Position numbers and translations under genes: made by a program
Notes under the pieces: generated by a model
What the model was told of the DNA's origin: nothing
Databases searched by the model: none
Seen by the model: only the letters and a program-made list of their open reading frames with translations
Source: Cetorhinus maximus
Lineage: Eukaryota
DNA: 64,000 bases
Direction of reading: 5' to 3'
Assembly (NCBI RefSeq): GCF_964194155.1
Contig: NC_135896.1
Location: 8,184,001-8,248,000 of the forward strand
Shown here: positions 24,165-37,229 of the stretch, one piece after another
Layout: every line of letters begins with the position of its first letter
How positions within the stretch are numbered: the stretch's first letter is position 1

Positions 24165-24847
24165 TAGGCATGCTGGCAAATGGTATGCTGTACTTCGTTG
24201 CAAGAGGACCTGAGTACAAGAGCAAGGATGTCTTACTGCAGCTGTACAGGGCCTTGGTGAGACCACACCTGGAGTATTGTGTGCAGTTTTGGTCTCCTTG
24301 CCTAAGAAAGGATATACTTGCCATAGAGATAGAGGGAGTGCAGCAAAGGTTCACCAGACTGATTCCTGGGATGGCAGGATTGTCGTATGAGGAGAGATTG
24401 GGCTGACAAGGCCGTATTCACGGGAGTTTAAAAGAATGAGAGGGAATCTCATTGAAACGTATGAAATTTTGACAGAGCTGGACGGACTGGATGCAGGGAT
24501 GTTGTTTCCTTTGGCTTGGGGGGTGGGTGGGGTTTCTAGAACAAGGGGCCACAATTTCAGGATATGGGGTAAGCCACTTAGGACTGAGATGAGGAGAAAC
24601 CTCTTCACTCAGAGGGTGGTGAACCTGTGGAATTCTCTACCACAGTGGGCTGTGGAGGCCAAGTCACTGAATATATTTTAATAAGGAAATAGATAGATTT
24701 CTAGACTCTAATAGCGTCAAGGGGCATAGGGAGAGAGCAGGTGTACGTCGTTGAGATAGAGGATCAGCCATGATCATATTGAATGGCAGAGCAGGCTCGA
24801 AGGGCCGAATGACCTACTCCTACTCCTATTTTTCTATGTTTCTATGA
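24165..24847 (+). mobile_element. CR1 3' portion nested in an older CR1 tail (23960-24885)
   Basis: ORFs 24170..24406 and 24436..24681 are CR1 RT C-terminus; (TTTCTATG)n tail. Confidence 0.9.
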
Positions 24848-25014
24848 TGGCCCAAATGGCCTCCACCAATGTTGTATCATTCTGCTTGAAGCAGTTTCAC
24901 AAAACTAGTGTCTGTTTTTAATTTGGTTTATACATTCTATACAATGTCATTTATGGGGGAGCACTTATTTTAATAACATTTATTGTACGATTTATGGAGT
25001 GCTTTGTTTTCATA

Positions 25015-25670
25015 GAATCAACATCCTGGGTGTTACCATTGACCAGGTATTGAATTAGACTAGCCATATAAATACTGTGGCTACATGATCAGGTCAGAGG
25101 CTAGGGATCCTGCGATGATTAACTCACCTCCTGACTCCCCAAAGCCTGTCCACCATCTACAAGGCACAGGTCAGGAATGTGATGGAATATTCTCCACTTG
25201 CCTGGATGAATGCAGCTCCAATAGCACTCAAGAAGCTCAACACCATCTATGTCAAAGCAGCTCACTTGATTCGCACCCCATCCACAAACATTCATTCCCT
25301 CCGCCACTGACAGCAGTGTGTACCCTCTACAAGATGCAGTACAGGAACTCATGAAGTCTCCTTAGACTGCACCTTCCAAACCCACAACCACTACCATCTA
25401 GAAGGACAAGGGCAGCAGATGCACGGGATCACCACTACCTGGGAGTTCCCTTCCAAGCCGCTCACTATCCTGACTTGGAAATATATCACCTTTCTGTCAC
25501 TGTTGCTGGGTCAAAATCCTGAAACTCTCTAACAGCACTGTGGGTGTACCTGCGCCAATGGACTGCAGCAGTTCAAGAAGGCAGCTCACCACCATCTTCT
25601 CTAAGGCAATTAGGGATGGGCAATAAATGCTGGCCTAGCCAGTGACGTCCACATCCCATGAATGAATTCT
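25015..25670 (+). mobile_element. CR1/L2-group LINE 3' fragment, second family
   Basis: Same family as 28045-28360 (+), 42460-43427 (-) and 53120-53990 (-); tail GGGCAATAAATGCTGGCCTAGCCAG..CACATCCCATGAATGAAT. Confidence 0.85.
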
Positions 25671-26288
25671 TGAAAATCAAAGAATGGTAACAGCACAGAA
25701 GGAGGCCATTTGGCGCTTTGTGTCTGTGCTGGCTCTCCGCAAGAGCAACTCATCTAGCCCCACTCCCCTGCTTTTTCCCCGTAGGCCTGCAGATTTTTTC
25801 CCTTCAGATACTAACCCAATTCCCTCTTGAATGCTTCAATTGAATTTGCCTCCACCACACTCTCAAGCATGCATTCCAGATCCTAGCCACTTGCTGTGAG
25901 AATAAGTTTTTCCTCATGTCACTGTTGCTTCTTTTGCCAACTACTTTAATTCTGAACGCTTTGGTTCTTGAACCTTCCGCCAATAGGAACAGTTCCTCCC
26001 AATCTACTCTCCTGTTTATTGTCTGATGTGACTCGCCACCAAAAATATTCCTCCCCATTAGCCCTAATTAGAATACTTGCATGACATGGTGATGCATTGT
26101 CACAACCCCTCTGCAAGCAGAAGGAGCATGCCCAGGCACTGCGCCTTTTTTAATTAAAAGCCTGGGGGAACAATAGCTACCTGATGCATTCTCCATGGTA
26201 GCGCCTCTACCAATAAAGCTGACCAAACAGCACCCTTTTCTCATGCAGTATAAATTGTTGTTTCCTTTAAAATTTGGCATTCTTGTGT

Positions 26289-26324
26289 CTGTCCTGATGA
26301 GTGAAAGATGAAAATCTTTGACAG
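26289..26324 (+). ncRNA. minimal type I hammerhead ribozyme motif (degenerate) inside a Penelope-like pseudo-LTR (~26015-26350)
   Basis: CUGUC-CUGAUGA-GU-gaaag-AU-GAAA-aucu-U-U-GACAG: 5-bp stem I, intact CUGAUGA and GAAA boxes, UH site. Confidence 0.7.
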
Positions 26325-29300
26325 TATGTCTCTTTTTTCAGCAATACCCAAGTAATGATTGTTGGTGTAGACGCTTTTCAATTGAGTATTCATTCATGGG
26401 TGGTTCTACCTCTTGCAGTTTGATGATGTGCCTGCATTTGACTGCTGAGTATTTAGGGCTGTATGTCTTGTTTGATTTATTATATTTATACTGATTTATT
26501 ACATTTATATTAACACAGGGAAACTTAGAACAGAAACTTATACCAAGTAAAACAAACAGACACATCTGGCAGGCAGAGTTTCAACTCATCACAGGCACAG
26601 TTTCAGTCACTATGTGTAAATAATATTGATGGCTCATACTGAGATTCACATAAAATTAATGAAAAACACTTGCAAGTTGTCATTAATCATATTTTTTTCA
26701 GAAGTTGAGAGGAGTTGGTTTATTTTAACACTCTGGCGACAATCTGATTTGGGGGTTTGTGGAATCTAAAATTTTGAAACGTTACCCATTTTCTGGGTAT
26801 CGGCAAAGTTGCTCTGTTGATTTGAAAGAGGTTTGCTTTTGAAAGCAAGCGCTGTGCTCTAGGGTTTGCTGGTGCCTGATTCTAATCAGAATTGACTACA
26901 TTAAGCTTGTTTGCGGTCTGTCCCTGACCGGCTTGCGGTTGCAGCTTTTTGCACGTTAATGGCTGGCATTCTTCTCTCTCTTTTACAAAACTCTGAAATG
27001 TAAACCAACTGGAAAATTGGGTAGTCGTTGAACAAATGCACACGGTTCAAATTTTGTACTTGATCAGATTATTAGCATTTGAAAGGATGCACGTAGCTAT
27101 GGATTATAATACTCAAATTTGGTAAGGAAAATAATAAACTGATGAAAAAAGCCTTTGAGTGCATTAAATCGGTTCCTGTACAAAGTCATAAATATATACT
27201 TTTCCCATCATGACTCATTTGCTGAATTGCCGATAGCGCTGACCAACTACAGGGAAATCTATGAATAATCCCTGTGAAATTTCTTATTGGCCAACAAAGC
27301 TAACTGGGTGAAAACTCAGAATATTGATTTAATTTCTCAACATCTATTTTACAGATCTAACCAGTTAACATAGGCCTTTATCTCTGGCTTGGAATGCAAA
27401 ATTGAGGAAGTAATGCTTCAGTTGTGAAAGGCCTAGCTCTTAATTTTAACATCGGGTCCCCTTGGTCTTGATTTCCTCCATCTTTACCCTGTCAACTCCT
27501 TTTAACAATATGAACTCTTGGATCAAATTAGCCCTTGATCAAACTCCTTTCACACCCTTGAGAGGTTTAACGTCTCAATGAAAAGATATCACCTCTGATA
27601 GACCCTCTGTACCGAATGACTTCTCATCCTCAGTGATTTCAATTTCCATCTGAACTCATCATGCTCTCTGTCCTCTTGAGTTCCCTGCCTTCCTATCCTT
27701 CCTTAATGTAATCCTCCATGTAAAGTCCCCAACTCATTCACACTCACCCCTTGACGTTGCCATCTCACACAACCTTGCTACTGCCATCATATAGATCACA
27801 GATAAGGCTATCTCTGATCTATTCCTTGTGTCACTCACCATAACCCCCTTTCAAATTCCAGCCCTACCTCCTGTGCCCTCACCTTCCCCCCCCCCCCCCA
27901 CCCCCACTTTCCCTGCCCCCTGGAAAAAGACGATGCCCCAATTCTCTTATAACTGTACTTTAAAAATCCCAACTGTCTAGCTTTTGGCTCTCCATTCACT
28001 ACAATATTTTTGCAGCTACTGATTTGCTGAACTGCACACTCTTCTTCCACAGCATCTTCCAAGCCTGTGACCTCTACCACCTGGAGTAGCAAAGGCAGCA
28101 GATAATGGGAACACCACCACCTGCAAGTTCCCCTCCAAGCCACTCCCCATCCTGACTTGGAAATATATCACCGTTCCTTCAGTGTCACTGGGTCAAAATC
28201 CTGGAACTCACTTCCAGACAGCAGTGTGTGTGTACTTACACCACATGGACTGCAGAGGTTCAAGAAGGCAGCACGCCAACATCTTCTCAAGAGCAATGAG
28301 GGATGGGCAATAAAAATGCTGGCCTAGCCAGCGATGCCCACATCACATGAAAGAATTAAAAAAACCTCCACCTTTGATGTCCTAGTCCCCAATAAAACCC
28401 TTATTCTCTCTAACCCTGACTGTTCCCCTGGAACAGCTCTGTTCTGCACTCCCTCAAGTCCAAGAGCACAGACTTGAAAGGATATGGCAGATAAATGGTT
28501 TAGCCATTCACTGCCATATCTGGCTGGACCACATAAAGCACTGTCGATTCATGCTCTCGTGTGCAAAACTGCTCAGTATTCAGTTTCTCAGTAATTTTAA
28601 CAAATTACATTCACATGCTTTTAAAATGTGCTGATTAGTGTTCCTGTGCCCAATGAATCAACTTATTTTTTAGAGCCTCCTTGAAGCCTGCAAACAAGTC
28701 AAATTAGGTGAAACTCCCAATGGTCATCAATTCGTCCAGGGCAGTTTTGTGGGCCAGGTGACTTCTAATGCAATTTGGTTTAAATTAGTGCAGAAGATCA
28801 CGGTAGCTCAATATGCACTGACGCAATTTGCGCTTTAAACATTGCTGTGACCTTTTACATGGGTTGCGACAATTTCAGGCAAACTGTGCCTTGAGAACCA
28901 GCATAACCAAGTAGAAACTCCTACCCGCTGCTGCTTTGTCTCTGGCTGTTCAATTTGCTGGTTCCACTTGAGGAAAATGCTTCACTGAATGTTGAAGTTG
29001 TCTTTATACAAGCAGATATCCCTTAAGAACAGTACAGGGTCTTAATACCTGGATATTGCACTTAATACGTGAGTGAGCCTGTACAAAGGGGTTTTGTGAC
29101 CACTTTAAGTTTTCATAACTCCATGCCCGTACTTGATAAACTGAACAGGAGTATTGTGCGTTGCCTTTGATGCAGACATCTTCCTTGGCTTTTTGGTGAT
29201 GGTGGCTTTTGCTGCAGGCCTCCTAAGCTTCTAATATTTAGGTTCAAGATGGGAATTATTTCAAAACCTAATCGCTCCAAGAAAGTAAAAGGAATAGAAA

Positions 29301-29562
29301 CTAGTTTTTCAAATAGGTGACATTCACAATAAAAATAAAGTCTACTTCAGGAATTTTGAATTAAGGCTCTCTATTCCATGGAAATGTTAAGTCTCATTTG
29401 CCCTGTAACACTATTGTTTTAATGCTGTAGCAGGACAACCTGCCTCCTCTCTCTTGTCCTATGAGTAATGAGACCCATTCTGACAATTATTTTTGCAAAT
29501 GCCATTTTGTATTTTGGCATGTGGGGAGAAAGAAAACCGGCTTTTTGCTTTTGGGTTCTGTT

Positions 29563-29830
29563 GCAAGAGAAACAGCAGGGCCATTTACAGCGAGAGAGTG
29601 TGAGAGAAACAGCAGGGCAATTTACAGCGAGAGAGAGAGTGAGAGAGAAACAGCGTGGTTGTTTACAGTGAGAGAGAAACAGTGTGGTCATTTACAAGGA
29701 GAGAGAGAGAAACAGCGGGGCCATTTACAGCGCGAGTGAGAGAGAGAAACAGTGTGGTCGTTTACAGCGAGAGAGAAACAGCGGGGTCATTTACAGGGAG
29801 AGGGTGAGAGAGGAATGGGGCATTTAACAG
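29563..29830 (+). repeat. about 7 imperfect 30-40 bp monomers (GAGAGAAACAGCGGGGCCATTTACAGCGA), probable CR1 5'UTR
   Basis: Read directly; lies upstream of the ORF1 start at 30109. Confidence 0.75.
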
Positions 29831-30912
29831 TGAGAGAAGAGTGTGAAACTACTAAAGAGCGTGAGAGGGAAAAGAGCGCGGAGAGCAACTGATTGGTGAG
29901 TAGGATTAGTGAGTAGTTCAAGCCTTTAAAGTAAAAATAAGGTCTTTAGTTTGTGTTTAGATCTCTAGTCTTTTTTTCTCTTTTTCTTAAAGATAGCTTC
30001 TTAAGTATAAGATTGATACTGGTGTGTATAAAAAAAAAATTATAGTAAACTGTAAAGAGTGGGGATACTAGAGTAATTAATTAATAAATTTAATAAAATA
30101 CAATAGCGATGGCAGGACGGGTGATGTGTTGCTGCTGCAGCATGTGGGAGCTGCTGGACACCAAGGCGATCCAGAGCGAACACATCGTACCAAGTGTTTG
30201 CAGCTCGAGGAACTTTGGATCCAAGTTAAGAACGTACAAGTTCAACAGATAATAGGGAAGGCAAATGGAATGTTGGCCTTTATTTCAAAGGGAATGGAGT
30301 ATATAGATAGGGAAGTCTTGTTAAAATTATACAAGGCACTAGTTAGACCACACCTAGAATACTGTGAACAATTTTGGTCCCCTTATCTAAGGAAAGATAT
30401 ACTGGCATTGGAGGCAGTCCAGAGAAGGTTCACTAGGTTGATCCCAGGTATGGAGGGATTTTCTTATGAGGAGAGGTTGAGTAGGTTGGGCCTGTACTCA
30501 TTGGAGTTTAGAGGAATGAGAGGCAACCTTATTGAAACAAATAAGATTCTTAGGGGGCTTGACTGGGTAGATGTTGAGAGGTTGTTTCGCCTTGTAGGAG
30601 AGTCTAGGACCAGAGGGCATAATCTCAGTGTAAGGGGTCGCCCATTTAAAACAGAGAGGAGGAGGAGTTTCTTCTCTGAGGGTAGTCAGTTTGTGGAGTT
30701 CTTTACCACAGTGGGCTGTAGAGGCTGGGTCGCTAAGTATATTCAAGGCTGAGATAGACAGATTTTTAATCAGTAAAGGAATCGAGGGGTATGGGGAAAA
30801 GGCAGGAAAGTGGAGTTGAGGATTATCAGATCAGCCATGATCTCGTTGAATGGCGGAGCAGACTTGATGGGCCAAATGGCCTCCTCCGTCTTATGGTCTC
30901 ATGGGCCTTATG
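29563..30912 (+). mobile_element. internally deleted CR1: 5'UTR and ORF1 zinc finger joined to RT C-terminus and 3' tail
   Basis: ATG 30109 MAGRVMCCCCSMWELL...HI-(frameshift)-TKCLQLEELWIQV, then at ~30228 directly VQVQQIIGKANGMLAFISKG...RPHLEYC. Confidence 0.8.
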
Positions 30913-31819
30913 CCAGTCATTGTGATGTGGGCACATGGATTTAGATTTGAGCAACTGTTTTTTTTTAACCAAGAAAGGAACTAAGAGGAGACAGAATGCT
31001 GGTAATCTGGAATGAAAATAATATTTCAGACAGCCCAACATCAGAAAGAGAAAGGCTAGTTAATGTTTGTTTTGTTCAGCTTTGCCTTTGTGTTGTCATC
31101 TTACTCCACTAACATGCTTGTTGTTAGCTGTAAATATGAACAGTGCATCATCTGCAAGGATTTTTGTGGTCAATGGGGAAACAGTGGGAGTCAGCACTGG
31201 CAACATTTACTCTCTTCAGCGATTGGAGCTGGCGCACAACATGGTTAAGAAGCCAAGCTGCTGTTGAAGTTGGCAGCTGAGGTTAAGGTTAAGTGGAGTC
31301 ACTTCTGCTCCTCTTTCCTCTTATCCCCCAAGCACCCGATAATGGAAAGGAGCAATTGGAGGATTAAGACTGAGGGGTAGGCTGAGTAGGTTCATTTCTA
31401 TTGTTACTAGAAACAAATAGGCCGCCAGGACAAGTAGCTGATTAGCAGTTTGTGCCTTGTGGGTGTGGCAATAAAGATTTGTCGGTGCAGTTTTTCAGAG
31501 ATTTTTTTTGCATCCAGATTGTCATTGTACCCTGACTATAAACCAAAGTATATTTAAAAAGAAAAGCTAAGGGCATTTATCTGAAGTATGTGTGGTTAAA
31601 ATAGGGTATTTGGTTTATTTTGGCAGATGCTTTGCTGAATGAATAGTAATGAGTCTTGGCATGGCATTCCATTCAGCACATATATTTATTTAAGGTATTT
31701 ATAAAGAAAAAGGAGACAATATCCCTTTTGCTGGCTTCTCGAGCAGCATCCTGGACTGTCCAAAACTCTGGCATGTACTTCAATCATCTTTGCAAAAATA
31801 ATTTGTTAGTGGCTGGAAA

Positions 31820-32440
31820 CAACAACAGCTTGCATTCATATAGCACTTTTTATTGTGGTAAAACATCCCAAAGGTCTTTAGAGTAGTATTATCAAATTAA
31901 AATTTGATATTGAGCCACTTAAGGAGACATTAAGGCAGATGACCGGAAGCTTGTTTGAAGACTTAGGCTTCAAGGAGTGTCTTAAAGGAGGAGAGAGAGG
32001 GAGAAATTTATGGAGGGAATTCCAGAGCTTAGGGCCTAGGCAGGTGAAGGCACAGCTGCCAATGGTAGAGTGATTAAAACTGGAGGTGCACAAGAGGTCT
32101 GAATTGGAGGGCACAGAGATCTTGGAGGGATCTTGCTGCACAGGGGGAGCTTTCAGAGACTGGGAGGTGCAAGGCCAGGGAGGGATTTTAAAATTGAGAA
32201 ATTGCTGGACTGGGAGCCATTATAGGTCAGGAATGGGTGAATGGAGCATGTTGCAAGTTAGGATACAACAACAGAGTTCTGGATGAGTTGAAGTTAATGG
32301 AGAGTTGAAAATGGGAGTCTGACCAGGAGAGCATTGGGATAGTCAAGTCTAAATATAATAAAGAGATGGATGAGGCTTTCAGCAGCAGAAGAACTGAGGC
32401 AATAATGAAGTTGCTTGACATTGCAGGGGTGGAAGTAGGT
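31820..32440 (-). mobile_element. L2-type LINE 3' fragment
   Basis: ORF 31878..32141 has AFTCLGPKLWNSL, a LINE C-terminal APxLWNxLP-like motif. Confidence 0.7.
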
Positions 32441-33902
32441 GAAATGCACATTATTGAAGAGTTGAAAAGACAGATGAGAAAAAAAAATTGCACGTAAAGA
32501 CAGCAGATAGGCTTATAGTTTCAACTGTAGACGATGTTCTGATCAAAATGACACCCTGTTTTTCAGACACTGATGGATCTTGTATGTACTACCATCTTTT
32601 CCTAATATAAAATATACTTGTTTATTGTTTGGGAGAGGTTGGGAAGGTGATGTATTGATGTGCCTGTCTTGGAGAAAAAAAAGATGTACTGTTCACTGCA
32701 GGAGCAGGCCGTTCAGCCCCTTGATCTCATTCAGTCATTGAATTAAATCATGGCTGATCTACACCTCAATGTTATTTACCTGCCTTAACTCCATATTCCT
32801 TGATATCCTTGCCTAACAAAAAAAAAAATCCCATTAAATTCAGTCTTGAAGCCTTTAATTGACCTAGCATCCACATATATCAAGTTCTCTTCCCTCTAAC
32901 TCCAACAGAAGGAGTACCTAGCTGTAAATAAGGCTGGAGCTAAATTTGATTTCTGCTTTGTATTGAGTTAGCTGTTCTTAGCCAGAGAGACAGTTTGGAC
33001 AGTGCACTGGGACCCTGTGTTAACAAGGGAAATAAACTGGTGACAGTTTTTGCTGTTGTTAACTTTCCAGCAGATTCTTTCGAGTTATCAACAGTCACAG
33101 ATTGCAACTCTTTCGAGTACAATCACAGTTCTTGGTTTCCGGGAGTGGGACATGAACCCACAACCCTCTGATTCAAAGGCGAGGGTGCTATGAACTGAGC
33201 CACAGCTGACACCTCCCTACTTTCCAGCAGATGATGCTGCTTGTGTCACTCTCTCCTGATGACAGGAGTGGCTTGGATGTGATTCCATCCATAGATTAAT
33301 AGCTCCCTGATATTCAATGTTTAGGTTCATACACAGACATATGGAAAAGTCCAAGGACAAGCAAAGATCATTGATCCCAGCCTTCTAATATCAGAACTTT
33401 CTGCTGCCATTTATTACATATCAGATGAACATTTAACGAAAGGGGAAAATGGGGAGGATTTTGAGAGCTGCCAACTGAATTCAGAATGTGGGTGATGATG
33501 GCAAAGCACATTTGCTGCCTACTGTTAGTTATTCTGAGAAGGCGGGGCGAGCTTTCTCATTGCACAGCTGCAGTCCTGGTGATGGTTGTGCTGTGGGTGG
33601 TAGTGATGCTTTCACAATAATGCTGTGTAGGAAATTCCAGAATATTGATCCAGGAAGGTTGAAGCAACAGTCAGTGTAAGTCCCATGTAAGGAATGCATG
33701 TAACTTGGGGGCGATGCTGTTCACACAGCATTGTTTTCCTAGCCTTTGTCAGTGGTAGGAACTACAGGGGAGCGAGCTGTTGTCACTCAACCAGCATCAG
33801 TCAGCACCTTCGGAAGGCGAGACAATTGGAAGAGCAAAGCAGTGTATATATTACCTTAGCAGCACTGTTCATCTGCCTTAATGGTGTTTGTTGTATGTTT
33901 AG

Positions 33903-34010
33903 ATCCACCGGAGTAAGAATAAGTGGAAGTTCCACCTGAAGGATGGGATCATGAACCTGAATGGGAGAGATTATGTGTTTTCCAAAGCCATTGGAGATGC
34001 AGAGTGGTAA
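33903..34010 (+). CDS. GTF2A1: GTF2A1 last coding exon (TFIIA-beta barrel)
   Basis: tttag|ATC...TGG TAA, 108 nt; IHRSKNKWKFHLKDGIMNLNGRDYVFSKAIGDAEW*. Confidence 0.98.
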   Translation: MHRSKNKWKFHLKDGIMNLNGRDYVFSKAIGDAEW

Positions 34011-35880
34011 GAATTGAGATCCTCTTGAGAAAGGACAGGCTCATCAGACTGGACTAATGTGCGCTTAAACTGAAGTGCGAAGCCTGCAACTGAAAAGAAT
34101 ACAGAACTACTGGAACCCAAGCTACTGAGTTGTACAACACTACGTTATGTGGGGAAAAGCCTTGCCACTGAAATGGCTAACATTTTACAGAGAGAGAAAG
34201 AAAACAATATGCTTAACTATCAGTCATACCATAATACAGTCACTGCTTGCTGATTGATGAATTACCATCTACAGAACTAGCGAGTTTACAAAACATCAAG
34301 CAAGACTCTTCTAAGGAGAAAGTGTTTAGAGGACCCAGTCACTGTGCTTTGTGCTAAGTGCTGTAATTTGAACTGCATAGAAACTGAAATAAATAAAAGT
34401 TTTAAAAAAAAAAGGTTCTTTTATAGGGGAGGTTTATAGCTGGGGAAGAAAGACCTTGTAAATTCAAGTCTCTTCACGTTTGTGTAGCGATTGAATAACT
34501 TCCTGACCCAGGACCAACACATTCTTAAGGTGTAACAATGGCTCTTATATTTTAAAATAAAAGTAAAACAAAGTTGATAGATGACTCTGAATTGCAAACG
34601 GTTTGATAACCTAGACACATATTCCGTTTACCTTTTTTATGCTGTGATTTTATTACGGTATGCAATATAGTTGAGACGGACTCTTCGAAACTCTTGTCTT
34701 CACACCATACCTGTGATAATTTTGAAAATCAGCCGGATCCCAGAGGCTGAACATACCAAACTGTGCTCTTATATATAGTGCTTCTATCAAGTGTTCCTTT
34801 TGCAGACATTTTTTATAGTTTAAATTTTTCTCCGTTTCACCTATGTGGCACATCACACTATACTGTAGATCAGTGCTCGTCTAATTTTAATTGACGATTT
34901 TTACTTTTGAGTGTAACAGACCATTATATTAGGTTTTGATAGAAATCATCATGCCTGTTTTGGGATTTTTTTTTTTTCCTTTTCCTATCCCCATCGGTTT
35001 CATGTAATGGTTTTCTAATCTTGTGAAAGACTGGAATTTAAAACAACAAGTTGAGGGAAATTTGCCTTTTTAAAATGACGAGAGTGACATCACGTTTAGC
35101 TACGTTTTCAACGAGACAGTATTATGCGATTAGTGAAATGATTATCAAGAATGAGGGGAAAGAAATGGCAAAGTTTGCACATGGAGCGGTGAAATTTGAG
35201 GAAAAAATTGAGCGCCTTTTAAAAGAAAAAGAAATACAAAGCCAACCATTTACAAGTTTTGCTTTTGTAAAATTAAAACTAAAACCACATGGCAATTTGG
35301 AAGAAAAAAAAACAATTTTCATTTGCTGATCTGTTTTCTATTACCCACAGCTACTTAGTCACCTGGTGTTGTACATACGTGTAAGAGGGAAATCTATTTA
35401 TTATGTTTGTATAATTCATCTTGTACCATTTAAATCAAGGTTCTTAATAAAATAGTCACCTTCGTTTAAGGCCCTGCTTGTAAGACAATTAGAGAACTTA
35501 GTATTTTGTTGTACTAAGATCTATTTTAAGTTACTTAAAAGTATTTTGCCTTTGCAAAAATTTTAATTAAAAATGCCCTTAAAGTTTGTGTTTATTGCTT
35601 TAATTTACTAGATTTCATGTAATTTCGCCTGGGAAAATGAGTTGCAAACACAAGATGTGGCTCTTGTTTAACTCTGGTCATTGTAGGTTTCAATTCAGAT
35701 TGATGTTTGGGTGGGTGTGTATATATGTATATAATTAACCCCAGCTTCAACATTTTAAACTGAGTGAGAATGAATGCTTTGTTATAATTTATATTTTTCA
35801 TTTCAAATATATTGTGAATCGCTCAAATTGGATAATTCATTGTACAAAAATTAAAAGTTCAGTATTTGTAATGCTTTGCA
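34011..35880 (+). other. GTF2A1: probable GTF2A1 3'UTR with several poly(A) signals
   Basis: AT-rich and free of recognisable repeats; AATAAA at 34388/34392 and 35446, ATTAAA at 35850, the distal two with upstream TGTA; true 3' end unknown. Confidence 0.7.
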
Positions 35881-37229
35881 ATAGACTATTTCAACTTTCA
35901 TTGAGCAAATATTACCAAAATTACACACACTATATTCAATTAATAGCCCTATATATTAGTCACTAACCAAGAAGCCAACTCCAAGATGGACCGATGAAGA
36001 ATTGTATTTGATACAATGATTTTGCCAAATTGTTCACTGGTGGAGAGTTCAAATAGCACGAAGACTAAGGTTGTCAGCACTGAGCAGTGACATTGGGTAA
36101 AACTTTTTCAGCCAACAGATAATGGTGTTGGTGAAATACATTACAAGAGGAAGAGTGATTATTTGATCCGGAAAGGGAAAATGAAGGACCGTAGTGTGAA
36201 GATGGGAAGTGAGGCTGATTTCTGGAAAAAAAATGAGAGAGACTTGTCTTATTTATTGGTTTTTTGCTGATTTTTAAATTCTGCTTTTGTTTCCAATAAG
36301 TTTTCCAACTGGAGCAAAAAGTGTATGTAATCTCAACTCCCCTGGAAATTAATGGTATCAATCTTCCACATTGAGCTGGTTATGTATGTAAAGAAGTCAA
36401 GCTCTGATTATCATTGCAGACCAAATGAAACATTGGCCTATTGAAGGCCAAAAATAAGTTATGCACCGGGGAAATTTGCTACGGAAGTTACTTTCTGAGA
36501 TGAAAAAAATTGAACATTGAATTTAGTTCGGGTTGTGTTGGGAAGTTTCAGGCTAGACTAAATCTGGCACGATTTAATAGATGATGCAGGGAAGCACAGT
36601 AGTCCTGAATGACAACATTATTCTTAGCGCATGCAAAATATTGCAGATGCTGGAAATAATGAGTTCGTGGAGTATCGGGGGGAGTGAGAGTTGAGAGGGA
36701 AAAACAATTAATATTTCAGGTTGATGACCGTTAATCTTTTTGAGATCAAGAGGATGGAAAAAATAGAGAGCATTCCTTTATATAAGGCAGACCACTCAGT
36801 TCTGTGCTGCACAGGTAGTGAACACAATAACCAGTGAACTGTGACACAATTGCCAAACCTGTTCTTTAAAAAAAAAAGCAACTTCAGGACTGATGCTTTT
36901 CCTTGTACTGATAAGATATTACAGCCTAAAGATTTCCAATCTTATTTATTATCGAACCCTGCTTTCAAATGGAGCTTCAAATCCTTGTTTGAAACTGGGG
37001 CAGTTTGAGTCTTGTCAATTTGGGTTTCCTGCTACCCTCACCCATTCTATACTAATCACAGCAGTGCCTCTAGGCTGCCTAATTCCTGAACTCTGGAATT
37101 CCCTTCCTAAACTTTTCCACCTAACATCTCTCCCTCTCCACATCTCTATTCCAGATCATAACTTACTGCATTAAAAAAACTTCCCACTTCCTCTCTGCTT
37201 CTAATGGCAATTATTTAAAACTTAACTAG

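Noticed and set aside
7644-34010. Paralogue GTF2A1L (ALF)
   Set aside because: The middle region (SAAATAATLALP, QTGVIIQPQQ, EPLNSEDDVSDEEGQELFDTENVVVCQYDK) follows GTF2A1
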